From a virus (Duplodnaviria > Caudoviricetes): a DNA stretch of 45,629 bases. Positions within the stretch are counted from its first letter, which is position 1; each line of letters starts with the position of its first letter. Both the position numbers and the translations under genes were made by a program. The stretch covers positions 1 to 45,629 of the IMG/VR virus record IMGVR_UViG_3300017716_002065; one strand, given 5' to 3'. This document shows positions 35,856 through 44,774 of the stretch, in pieces. Under the pieces are notes generated by a model. The model was not told the origin of the DNA. It ran no database searches and saw only the letters and a list, made by a program, of their open reading frames with translations.

Positions 35856-35904
35856 ACGCGCATGGGCAGGCGCACGACGCGCGTGCATTAAGGAGTAGGA
35901 AACC

Positions 35905-36177
35905 ATGGCAACGCTGAAGCAGATGAAACAAGCCGCCGCAAACCTCAGGGCATGGCGCGAGCATGATAAGGTCCATGGCCTTGTGATGGTCTGGATTGCT
36001 TACAAGGACGGTACTCACACCACGCTGAATTCCCACACATACGAAGCAGACGCGACAAAGCAGCTTGAAGACTGGGAAGGCCGTTACCCCCACCTAGACA
36101 TCCGTTGCGCGCGTATCCCCTTGGAAACCGTCCACAAAATGGTTGCCGACTCAGTCTCAATGCGTTTGGAGGCATAA
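35905..36177 (+). CDS. Early hypothetical protein (90 aa)
   Basis: AGGAG/AGGA RBS; first ORF after the non-coding hub. Confidence 0.7.
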   Translation: MATLKQMKQAAANLRAWREHDKVHGLVMVWIAYKDGTHTTLNSHTYEADATKQLEDWEGRYPHLDIRCARIPLETVHKMVADSVSMRLEA

Positions 36178-36181
36178 CCCC

Positions 36182-36355
36182 ATGTCACCCATTTCATACG
36201 ATCCCCGCGCCATGGAACAGAAGCGTCTGAACGCTGAACGAATTGAAAACCGTTCATTGTGCAAGCCAGACAAACCCCAGCTTCCCGGAATATTGTCGCT
36301 TGTTGGCTTCATTGGCTTTGTGAACCTCTTGGCCTCCCTCTTGCTTCCCTACTAG
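36182..36355 (+). CDS. 57-aa protein with a C-terminal TM helix
   Basis: GGAGG RBS; hydrophobic C-terminus. Confidence 0.55.
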   Translation: MSPISYDPRAMEQKRLNAERIENRSLCKPDKPQLPGILSLVGFIGFVNLLASLLLPY

Positions 36356-36409
36356 TTCTGACACCGCCTGAATTTTTATCCGATTAATCCCAAGGTTAGG
36401 AAAACCCAA

Positions 36410-37696
36410 ATGACCGCTCTTCACCTCTCCGAACAAGTCATCCACGGACGCCCGCCGCTGGTTCTTACCGGCTCCATGACGTTTGATCACCGCCACAAGC
36501 TCCCGGCGCTGGGCGGGCGCTATAACCCCGACACGAACCCGAAACAGTGGGAAATGCCCGACACGCAAGAGGTCCGCGATTACTGGCAATTCATGCTGGA
36601 ATGCGAGCGCAACGCGCCTCCGAAGCGTGGTCGTGGTCGCCCCCGGAAATACAACGCTGACGGCACCCCCATTGAGCCCCAGCAGGAAGCCCCGGGAGGC
36701 GGCATGCTCATTGGCGACAAGGACGGATATATCCTGCCCAACCCGGGCGAATATCACCGCGTGCCTCAAGAGCCCGACGGCGAGGACAAGGCGCAGCAGA
36801 TCGCTCGCCTGCTGCGTGAGTTGTCAGGCGGCAAGGCGCAGGTTGATGAGTCCGAAGTGCGGGCAATCGTTGAGTCGTATATGGAGGCTCTTGGGGCTCA
36901 AATAGACGACATTAAAACGGCGCTCGAAGGCAAGAAAACCGAACGCCTTGAGATCATGCAAGGCGGGCAGAATATCCGGGTCCTTGAAGGTCTCACGCAT
37001 GCCAAGCTTTCGACGCTGATTCGCTGCCTCTCAGTGGGTCTCAACGTTTGGCTGTCTGGCCCCATGGGCGCGGGCAAGACTCGCGGTGCAGAACAGGCGG
37101 CAGAGGCGCTGGGGCTCTCGTTCGGCATGCATGGCGCAATGACGATGGCGTATGAGTTGACGGGCTTTGTGGACGCCTCCGGGCGCTACCATGACACGCC
37201 ATTCGTGCGGGCTTTCCGGGATGGCGGACTCGTCCTTCTCGATGAGATCGACGCGGGCTCTAACGAGGCGCTCCTCGCTCTCAATGGCGCTCTGGCAAAT
37301 GGCGTGATGTGCCTCCCCAATGGCCAGAACATCCGCAAGCATGCTGACTTCCGTTGCATCGGCGCGGGCAATACGTTCGGCGGGGGCGCGACCCACGAAT
37401 ATATTGGCCGCACGAAAATTGATGCCGCTTTCTTGGATCGCTTTGGAGCCAAGATTGCATGGGGCTATGACGCCGCTCTGGAACTGGCCATCGCCTCCAA
37501 CAACGCATGGACGGCGCGCGTACAGGAAGCCCGCACGAAAGCAGCAGTGGCGGGGCTCAAGGTCGCGATAACCCCGCGCGCCTCTCAGGCTGGCGCTCTC
37601 CTCATTGATGGCGCGGGCTTCACCCCTCAGGAAGCGGCGGAACTGACCTACCTCGCCACGCTCTCCGCAGACCAGCGCAAGCTCATCGGAGCCTAA
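36410..37696 (+). CDS. MoxR/CbbQ/CobS-like AAA+ ATPase with an N-terminal AT-hook
   Basis: GPMGAGKT, LLDEID, AGNTFG.G....YIGR..IDAAFLDRF; KRGRGRPRK. Confidence 0.85.
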   Translation: MTALHLSEQVIHGRPPLVLTGSMTFDHRHKLPALGGRYNPDTNPKQWEMPDTQEVRDYWQFMLECERNAPPKRGRGRPRKYNADGTPIEPQQEAPGGGMLIGDKDGYILPNPGEYHRVPQEPDGEDKAQQIARLLRELSGGKAQVDESEVRAIVESYMEALGAQIDDIKTALEGKKTERLEIMQGGQNIRVLEGLTHAKLSTLIRCLSVGLNVWLSGPMGAGKTRGAEQAAEALGLSFGMHGAMTMAYELTGFVDASGRYHDTPFVRAFRDGGLVLLDEIDAGSNEALLALNGALANGVMCLPNGQNIRKHADFRCIGAGNTFGGGATHEYIGRTKIDAAFLDRFGAKIAWGYDAALELAIASNNAWTARVQEARTKAAVAGLKVAITPRASQAGALLIDGAGFTPQEAAELTYLATLSADQRKLIGA

Positions 37697-37700
37697 GCCA

Positions 37701-38564
37701 ATGACCTACCAAATCAGAACCGGCATGCCTCCAGAGCGCACTAAGGGCTACACAGCCCTTATCTGCGAGAGCCTTTCCGACCTCGCCCAGTATCTCGACG
37801 ACAACGAAAAGGCAGGCTCCCTCATTCATTCCGACTGGGGCTTGCGTGACGTTGCCCGGGCATCCCTCCACACTGGCGACTCTGCCCTTGTGCAGCGGGC
37901 GGAGAAGCTCCTAACGAAGATGGAAGCCCCTGAGATCATGGGCCAGTCTAATCGCTCCGAGCTAGTCTCCAGCGTCTCAGGATGCTTTGCCGATGTTCCG
38001 GCGTACCTGTCGGGCGCTCCTAATTCGATGCGCCTTAAGCGTCGGCGCATTGAGCTAAAGCCCCTCAGGATCGTTGTGGACGTGACCAGCAGTGCGAACG
38101 TCAACGATGACACGCTGGAACGGCGCGGCATTGCCACGCTGGCCCTTCTCCGCCGCTTGGAGACAGCGGGCTACAGCGTCGAGCTATGGCTTGTCGAGGC
38201 TCCTAACAGCGCCCCGGGCTTTACGTTCGTCCGCATGGAGACCGGCCCCATGGACCTTGCCCGCTCATGCTGGGCGCTCGCATCGCAGCAGTTTGCCCGG
38301 GAGTGCGCTTTCTCCGCATGCGCTACTGTGGCCAAGGGCAGGGACGGCGCGTGGCCATGGTTCAACTCACGCTGGCATGGCTTCCCCAAGGCTCAGCAGC
38401 AGACGTTCGCCATGGCGCTGGAGTGCGAGCCAGAGTCCATCCTGCACATCCCGGCGCTGTATAACTCAGTCGAGGCTCAGCCCTTCACGACGGACGCCGG
38501 GGCGGTCAAATGGCTGAACGATCAATACGCGGCGGCAATCGCCCGAACAGAGGAGTCGAACTAA
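37701..38564 (+). CDS. VWA-like partner protein of the AAA ATPase
   Basis: G...DVPAYLSG.P.SM; IVVDVTSSANV degenerate MIDAS; RG..LAL...LE.AGY.VELW. Confidence 0.7.
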   Translation: MTYQIRTGMPPERTKGYTALICESLSDLAQYLDDNEKAGSLIHSDWGLRDVARASLHTGDSALVQRAEKLLTKMEAPEIMGQSNRSELVSSVSGCFADVPAYLSGAPNSMRLKRRRIELKPLRIVVDVTSSANVNDDTLERRGIATLALLRRLETAGYSVELWLVEAPNSAPGFTFVRMETGPMDLARSCWALASQQFARECAFSACATVAKGRDGAWPWFNSRWHGFPKAQQQTFAMALECEPESILHIPALYNSVEAQPFTTDAGAVKWLNDQYAAAIARTEESN

Positions 38565-38794
38565 TGGCCAAGCAATACACAGTCACGGAAGCCCCGGTCC
38601 CCGCCGCACTGGCGGGGGCTAGGGAAGCCTTCGAAACAGCCCGGGCGGAGAATTATGCCGCCTACACTAAGGCGCTCTCAGGGGCCAAGCCTTCGCAGCA
38701 CCGCGCTATATATGCGGCATGGCGCGGGCGCTCTCACTCATACATCGACGCCTATGAGGCGGCTAAGAAAGCAGCGGGCTGGAACCCCAAGTAA
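38564..38794 (+). CDS. Early hypothetical protein (76 aa)
   Basis: GAGGAG RBS, TAATG coupling. Confidence 0.6.
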   Translation: MAKQYTVTEAPVPAALAGAREAFETARAENYAAYTKALSGAKPSQHRAIYAAWRGRSHSYIDAYEAAKKAAGWNPK

Positions 38795-38903
38795 CACGAA
38801 TCGCGCGCCTGTGGGGACAAGCTTGGACCTAACCCCTGAAGCCCCGGCCATGGGCGCGCGACCTACCCCCATTCATGCCCAACCGTAAATAAGGAATTAT
38901 TCC

Positions 38904-39314
38904 ATGTCTGAATTTATCCGAGTTATTATTATCGACCCATTCCGCGAGACCGTCACAGAGGCTCAGCTAGAGGCTGGCGATTATCGGGCGATTTATCCGC
39001 TCATCGACTGCGACACCTTCGATATTGCCCGCACCATGGGCGAGGATTGGATACCCGCTCACTATTCCATGCACTGGGATATCAAGGCCGTCGAGGCCAT
39101 GCGCCGCGCCTCGATTGACGTTTACTGCGATGATGAGGGCCTGTTTAAGCTCGCGCCGCTGTACGCCACCATGCTCCCCACTGGCCAGCCCCTAGCCGGT
39201 AAGCTCATGCTCGCGTCGAGCAACGATGAGGGCGAGACTGTCGGCCTGCCCGACTTCATGACCGTCGAGGTAGTCGCACGCGCCATCTCGTTCGGAACCA
39301 TGTCGCCCGTCTGA
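38904..39314 (+). CDS. DUF3846-like hypothetical protein
   Basis: IIIDP, IY.LIDC, VYCDDEGLF, PLAGK.....NDEGET. Confidence 0.65.
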   Translation: MSEFIRVIIIDPFRETVTEAQLEAGDYRAIYPLIDCDTFDIARTMGEDWIPAHYSMHWDIKAVEAMRRASIDVYCDDEGLFKLAPLYATMLPTGQPLAGKLMLASSNDEGETVGLPDFMTVEVVARAISFGTMSPV

Positions 39315-39372
39315 TCTGTCAGCATTCCCCCAGGCATCGACCACCGCCTGGGGGATTTATTCGGAGGATATT

Positions 39373-39540
39373 ATGCGATTAAATTATCAGCAAAAGTCCG
39401 AAGCTTCGCAGGAAGAGCCCGCCGAGCACCGACCACACACGCCAGTCTCGGCATCCATCGGCCTGATTGGCGAGCGTCGGCGTAAGGGGTGGATTGTCCC
39501 CGGTCCGCGTCGTTCCCCGCCTCGCCCTCTTTTCGACTAA
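39373..39540 (+). CDS. 55-aa hypothetical protein
   Basis: GGAGG RBS after a hairpin. Confidence 0.5.
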   Translation: MRLNYQQKSEASQEEPAEHRPHTPVSASIGLIGERRRKGWIVPGPRRSPPRPLFD

Positions 39541-39623
39541 GCGTTATTGATTCGTCAATCCTTTAATGCCACAGTCTGACATCGGCCCCCGTACCCAACC
39601 CAAACACGAAGGAAAATAAACCC

Positions 39624-39806
39624 ATGTCTAAGCCCGCCACATATGAGCGCATCTCGGTCCTTGATCGGTCCTATACTTAGCCTGAGAGCATCGCCTCGGT
39701 GCTTCGTGACATCTTCGCACCCGTGGACCGCGCCTTGCACGATGAGTTGTTCCTGATCGCCGCTGAGCTTCAGAACATTCGCAATGAAATCAAAGGAGGA
39801 TTCTAA
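39624..39806 (+). pseudogene. 60-codon gene-like frame interrupted by an in-frame TAG at 39678
   Basis: AAGGA RBS; MSKPATYERISVLDRSYT*PESIASVLRDIFAPVDRALHDELF...GGF ends just before the next gene. Confidence 0.4.
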
Positions 39807-39808
39807 TC

Positions 39809-40009
39809 ATGACCAAATACTACAAGGGCGTCCGCTATGAGAGCGGCAACATATCGCTCGTTGACGGCAAGGCATATGACTCCATCGGCGCGGCAGCTTG
39901 GACCGCAGAGGAAATCAAGGCGCACGCATATCAGGACACTGATCACGCCGTGATCCTGACTGTGGTGAAAGCCTATCAGACTGAAACCCTAGTCGTGGAG
40001 GTTCAATAA
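39809..40009 (+). CDS. Early hypothetical protein (66 aa)
   Basis: AGGAGG RBS. Confidence 0.65.
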   Translation: MTKYYKGVRYESGNISLVDGKAYDSIGAAAWTAEEIKAHAYQDTDHAVILTVVKAYQTETLVVEVQ

Positions 40010-40296
40010 TGATCACCGTATTCTGGACCATGGATTACAAGGACGGCCAACCTTCTGTCGATCATTACGCTGTCTATGAGACGCAGGCTGAGGCCGATGC
40101 TCAGGTTGAAACCCTCAAGGGCTGGCAGTCCTGCTATTGCTGGGGCATGGGCGAGGTGCAGAAGGCGTCACAGCCCCACTGGACGCTCACTGAGGCGCAA
40201 ATAGACGCCATTATCGAGAGCGCCGTGAAGCAGCGCGCCGCCGATATGTGGGCCGCTACCGTCATGCGCGCCAAAGCAGCCGAGAGGGGCGAATAA
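40009..40296 (+). CDS. Early hypothetical protein (95 aa)
   Basis: GGAGG RBS, TAATG coupling. Confidence 0.65.
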   Translation: MITVFWTMDYKDGQPSVDHYAVYETQAEADAQVETLKGWQSCYCWGMGEVQKASQPHWTLTEAQIDAIIESAVKQRAADMWAATVMRAKAAERGE

Positions 40297-40586
40297 TGGG
40301 ACCGTCAATGAAGGACCTTGTGCTGGGCAATTACGATGGGCTGGAGGTATCGGCCTGCATCGAGACGCCCGAATATACGGAGCGCCTTGAGCCCGGAGAC
40401 GATCACTCTGAGGCGAGCTTCTGGACGGTCTACGGTCACTGCCCTCAGGGTGGCGTTGAAGCCCTGTGGGATTTCCCTAGCTTCAAGTCAGCCAAGGCGT
40501 GGAGCATGGAAATAATGGCGAAAAATCCCTGCCTGTTGAAGCACGGCGTTTTTTATTACAACAAGGAGGACGGCTACTGTGACTGA
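40296..40586 (+). CDS. Early hypothetical protein (96 aa)
   Basis: TAATG coupling; FWTVYGH...GG.E...DF motif. Confidence 0.6.
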   Translation: MGPSMKDLVLGNYDGLEVSACIETPEYTERLEPGDDHSEASFWTVYGHCPQGGVEALWDFPSFKSAKAWSMEIMAKNPCLLKHGVFYYNKEDGYCD

Positions 40587-41631
40587 AATGAATTGGGAAC
40601 GCAGCACCACGGATATTTGCCTTTATTCCCCATTCATGGCGCGGGCGCTCTTGTCCCTGCCCATGGTGGAGGACAACTCGGAGCGCAATCCGACCATGGC
40701 GACCGATGGCAAGCGGATATTATTCAATCGAGCATTTACGGAGAAGCTGACGCCTGCCGAGCGTGACGGCGTGCGCGTGCATGAGGTGCTGCATGTCCTG
40801 CTAGGGCATCACGTCAGGATGGGCGCGCGTGATCCTACCCGCTGGAACGTCGCGTGTGACGGGGAAATCAACGCCTACGTCGATGACTCGGGATATACGC
40901 TCCCGGCTGGCGCAATTCGCTTCCCACAGTGGGCGGGGAAATGCGCGGAAGAAATTTACGACCTTCTCCCGAATAATCAGAAAATGCCAGCGTGGGGGAC
41001 GGTATCACAGGCTGCTGAACCCGGCACGCCAGAACACGCGCAAGCCATGGACGACTGGCGCAAGCAGATGGCTGGCACGTCATGGAGCAACATGCCTGAG
41101 TCAATTGGTCGGGCGATGAATAATCAACTGAAGCCCAAGCCTGATCTGGCTGCACACGTTGCTGCATGGCTTCGGTCCTCGCTCCCCGGCGATGATGAGA
41201 CATGGGCTCCGCCTTCCCGGCGCTGCTCCCTGCTCCCATCGGACGATAATAAACCCTCGGGGCATGTGGTGGCGTGCGTGGACTCGTCTGGCTCTATCGA
41301 CGACCAGGTATTAATTCGATTTCTTTCCAGCGTCGCAGGCATGGCTGACGTGGGTCGCCTCGATATTATTATTGGCGGCTGCGCTGTGGACAGTTTTTGG
41401 GAGGACGTTGATTTGGATAAAATTAAATCAATCGCATCGGAAGCCCATAACGGCGGCGGCACCGACTTCAAGCCCCTCTTGGATTATGCCGCGCGCCTCG
41501 GCCCTGACGCCATCGTCTACGTCACGGACGGCGAGGGTGACTTCGGCCCCCCGGTCCACGTTCCCACACTATGGGCCATGTCGGGAGACATTGTTGCGCC
41601 TTGGGGCGATACGATGAGGCTCAAGGAGTAA
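40579..41631 (+). CDS. DUF2201-type metallopeptidase + VWA protein
   Basis: TMATDG, HEVLH zincin motif, WNVACD..IN; MIDAS CVDSSGS, GGGTDF, YVTDG. Confidence 0.85.
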   Translation: MTEMNWERSTTDICLYSPFMARALLSLPMVEDNSERNPTMATDGKRILFNRAFTEKLTPAERDGVRVHEVLHVLLGHHVRMGARDPTRWNVACDGEINAYVDDSGYTLPAGAIRFPQWAGKCAEEIYDLLPNNQKMPAWGTVSQAAEPGTPEHAQAMDDWRKQMAGTSWSNMPESIGRAMNNQLKPKPDLAAHVAAWLRSSLPGDDETWAPPSRRCSLLPSDDNKPSGHVVACVDSSGSIDDQVLIRFLSSVAGMADVGRLDIIIGGCAVDSFWEDVDLDKIKSIASEAHNGGGTDFKPLLDYAARLGPDAIVYVTDGEGDFGPPVHVPTLWAMSGDIVAPWGDTMRLKE

Positions 41632-41687
41632 GATACGGCTTGACCATCCGGCACAATCCGTGCATCGCTCTTGACAGGAGGTATACC

Positions 41688-42665
41688 ATGGACAATCTCG
41701 ACACCGCGCTGCAATGCGCCAGCCCCGCTAACCCGGTCCTCCTGATCGGTCCCCCAGGTGTTGGTAAATCGGCCCGCATCGAAGCATGGGCCAACGAAAT
41801 GGGATATAAGCTCCTCATCGAGCATCCCGTTATCGCGCAATCGGTTGACTATCGCGGCCTTCCCGCAGTCGTGGATGGGGAGGCTCACTGGCTCCCGCTG
41901 GGTGGCCTCAAGGAAATCTGCAAGCCCAAAGGCCCGTCTACCGTTGTCCTCTTGGATGACGTGGGACAAGCTTCACCCGCTGTTCAGGCGGCGCTCATGC
42001 AACTGCTGCTGGCGCGCAAGCTGGGCGACATGCATATCCGTGACAACGTGATTTTCGTGCTCGCCTCTAATCGCGCAAGCGATAGGGCAGGCGTTCGTCC
42101 GCTGCTTTCGGCGCTGGTCAATCGCTGCATGATCGTCAACGTGAAGGGCGATCCGCTTGAATGGGCAAATTGGGCAATTAAACAGCCTGATATTCATCCC
42201 ACCATGCCAGCCTATGCACGCTTTCGTGGCTCTGACTGCTTCGTGGACACTGTGCCTGACGAGCCCATGACTCCTTACTGCACGCCTCGCTCGCTTCACT
42301 TCGCTGGCAGGCTGGTCAATCAAGGCGTTACGAATATCGAAATGCTGGGCGGCTGGATCGGGCAGGCAGTGGCGGCTGACTATCGAGCCTTTGCTGACGC
42401 TATCGACAAGCTGCCAGGAATAGATGCTATTCTTGCCAATCCTGATCAGGTCAAGAAAATCAAGGATCACGGGTTGCTCCACGCCATTGCGGCGCTGGCT
42501 TCACGTTATGCCGAGAAGAAGCCCGATGCCGTTGTCAACCTTGCCGAGACAATGGGCGGAGGCTGGGGCTTGGTCACTATTTCGAGTGCTGCGGGATATT
42601 ACCCGGAGTTCAAGAAATCGAAAGCCTTCACCAAGTGGGCAATCGCTCACAAAGACCTTCTTTAA
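41688..42665 (+). CDS. MoxR-like AAA+ ATPase (second)
   Basis: GPPGVGKS, DYRGLP, LLDDVGQA.P.VQAALMQL, ASNRASDRAG, ALVNR, TPRS; AGGAGG RBS before ATG 41688. Confidence 0.85.
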   Translation: MDNLDTALQCASPANPVLLIGPPGVGKSARIEAWANEMGYKLLIEHPVIAQSVDYRGLPAVVDGEAHWLPLGGLKEICKPKGPSTVVLLDDVGQASPAVQAALMQLLLARKLGDMHIRDNVIFVLASNRASDRAGVRPLLSALVNRCMIVNVKGDPLEWANWAIKQPDIHPTMPAYARFRGSDCFVDTVPDEPMTPYCTPRSLHFAGRLVNQGVTNIEMLGGWIGQAVAADYRAFADAIDKLPGIDAILANPDQVKKIKDHGLLHAIAALASRYAEKKPDAVVNLAETMGGGWGLVTISSAAGYYPEFKKSKAFTKWAIAHKDLL

Positions 42666-42690
42666 TAACCATTAACGCGGAGAATTAATT

Positions 42691-43059
42691 ATGTCCGTCA
42701 AAAAAGGCGACATCGCAGAAGCCATCGCCGCCAATTCAGGTGGCGAACAATTCCAAGGCCCGAAGCCTACAGGCGGCATGCAGGGAACACGGGACACGCT
42801 GACTATCGGCGCTAACTACGTGGTCCGCACGGTCACCATCGCCTGCATCGGGAAGCTCGTCGGGATTTCCCATCTCGGCGCGAATACTTTCCTTCACTTC
42901 GACCACTATACGTGGGTTGCCGATTTCGGTGATTTCAAGCAATCGCTGAAGACCGGCAAGCTCCAGAAGGCCGACACGCTCCCCGGCGTCATCCTCGTCG
43001 CCGTGGCCCCCATCGTTGACATTCACGCTTGGGATCACCCGCTGAAAGCCTACGCTTAA
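42691..43059 (+). CDS. Hypothetical protein (122 aa)
   Basis: IG.NYVVRTVT....GKLV...WVAD.G motif; GGAG RBS. Confidence 0.65.
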   Translation: MSVKKGDIAEAIAANSGGEQFQGPKPTGGMQGTRDTLTIGANYVVRTVTIACIGKLVGISHLGANTFLHFDHYTWVADFGDFKQSLKTGKLQKADTLPGVILVAVAPIVDIHAWDHPLKAYA

Positions 43060-43120
43060 CCCCCCGAAGACTAACCCCGCGCTCGGACCAGGGGCGCGGG
43101 GTATTTTTCAGGAGGATAAA

Positions 43121-43270
43121 ATGATTACCACCCTATACCGCCACGACTATCACAATCGTCGCTCGGCTCACCGCGCATACGGGCGGCTGGAGCATGTCGC
43201 TGGCGACACTTGGTGTTCCGTGTGGATGACACCCTCCGTAATTGCTTGGTATATGTGGAAACATGCTTGA
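43121..43270 (+). CDS. 49-aa Trp/His-rich microprotein (MITTLYRHDYHNRRSAH...WYMWKHA)
   Basis: AGGAGG RBS; overlaps the helicase start. Confidence 0.55.
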   Translation: MITTLYRHDYHNRRSAHRAYGRLEHVAGDTWCSVWMTPSVIAWYMWKHA

Positions 43271-44765
43271 ATTAAGACCGCACCAAACACGGGCTGAGCA
43301 GCGCGTAGAGTTCGCCATTGCAAAGGGCGAGACGCGCATAGCCCTGCAAGCCCCTATCGCATTCGGGAAGACCGCCCTAGCAGCCGTGCTAATGAAGCGC
43401 CGCGCTGAGCGTGGAGAGCGCACCATATTCGTTGCCCCGGCCCTGTCACTGATAGACCAGACCGTGGAAAGGTTCTACCAGTACGGCCTCAGTGACATTG
43501 GTGTTATGCAGGCCCAGCACGTCATGACGGACTCCCGCCGCATCGTGCAGATCGCATCGGCCCAGACATTAATGCGCCGGAAAATCCCGCAAGCTTCCCT
43601 GGTAATTATTGATGAGTGCCATTTACGTTTCGGTTTTATTTCAAAGTGGATGGCGGAACCCGACTGGAAATCCGCTCCGTTCGTGGGACTATCCGCGACT
43701 CCGTGGAGTGTCGGACTCGGAAAAGACTACAAGAAACTTATTGTGGCGTCCACTATGCGAGAGATGGCTGAAACCGGCTGGCTGAAGCGCCTCAGGTATT
43801 TCTGCCCTATCAAAATTAATGCCGATAATATCAAATTAATTGCTGGCGACTACCACGAAGGCGAGCTGTCGAAGGTTTCCAGTACACGGACGATCTTGTC
43901 GGACACAGTGAAGCAGTGGAAGGAAAAAGCCGATGGGCGCCCCACTATTAGTTTCTGCGTGGATCGCGCTCACGCACAGGCCATGCAGTCAAGATTTGTG
44001 GAATCCGGTGTACCGTGCGGCTACATCGACGGGAATACGGACGCGATGGAGAGAAAGCGGATCGGGCTTCAGCTTCAGTCTGGCGAGATTAAAGTGGTTA
44101 CGTCCGTGGGATGCCTCATCGCAGGGCTAGACTGGACGTTCGTAAATTGCGTCCTGTTTGCGGTGAAAACAAAATCCCGGATTAAATGGGTCCAGGGGAT
44201 CGGGCGCGGGATGCGGCTTCACACAGGCCAGGAAGATTGCCTCCTGCTCGACTGCGCCGGTAATTCATCGCTCGGTCACCCCTACGATATCAAGCAGGAG
44301 TGGCTGGACATGGGGGACAAGGACTCCAAGGAGCGCAAGAAGAAAGAAAAGGACGAGCAGAAAGAGCCCCGCAAGTGCTCAGAGTGCGGCGCTATGTGCC
44401 AGCAAGGAGTGCTAGCCTGTCCTGAATGCGGACACGAACCAAAACGCCAGAGCGAGGTTGTGGAGCTTAACGCCGGGATGCGCGAGCTTGGACCGGGCGG
44501 AAAAGTGATCGGAAAGCCCGACAAGATTGCATACTTGGACAAGCAAGTGTGGTATTCTACCCTCAAGGGCATAGGTATTGCACGTAAATACAAGCCGGGA
44601 TGGGCTGCTAACCAGTTCAAGGAAAAGTTCGGGGAGTGGCCCGACATGACTGTTCTTCATGACGTGGTTCTGGAGTCCGGAGCGCCAGAGGTGACATCAT
44701 GGGTCCATTCTCGAATGATTAGATATCAGAAGGGCAAGCAGAAAGCTGCTCGCTCATTTAGCTAG
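43263..44765 (+). CDS. SF2 DEAD/DEAH (RadD-like) helicase with a C-terminal Zn finger
   Basis: LRPHQ, APIAFGKT, IIDECH, GLSATP, QGIGRGMR, CSEC...CPEC, YKPGWA...FKEKFG.WP. Confidence 0.9.
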   Translation: MLELRPHQTRAEQRVEFAIAKGETRIALQAPIAFGKTALAAVLMKRRAERGERTIFVAPALSLIDQTVERFYQYGLSDIGVMQAQHVMTDSRRIVQIASAQTLMRRKIPQASLVIIDECHLRFGFISKWMAEPDWKSAPFVGLSATPWSVGLGKDYKKLIVASTMREMAETGWLKRLRYFCPIKINADNIKLIAGDYHEGELSKVSSTRTILSDTVKQWKEKADGRPTISFCVDRAHAQAMQSRFVESGVPCGYIDGNTDAMERKRIGLQLQSGEIKVVTSVGCLIAGLDWTFVNCVLFAVKTKSRIKWVQGIGRGMRLHTGQEDCLLLDCAGNSSLGHPYDIKQEWLDMGDKDSKERKKKEKDEQKEPRKCSECGAMCQQGVLACPECGHEPKRQSEVVELNAGMRELGPGGKVIGKPDKIAYLDKQVWYSTLKGIGIARKYKPGWAANQFKEKFGEWPDMTVLHDVVLESGAPEVTSWVHSRMIRYQKGKQKAARSFS

Positions 44766-44774
44766 GAGAAGCAA

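Noticed and set aside
35084-35904. CRISPR or other guide-RNA array in the repeat-rich non-coding region; ORFs listed there
   Set aside because: Repeats are 4-9 bp with no constant repeat-spacer units, there is no cas or Nop-domain gene, and the ORFs lack an RBS or protein-like composition
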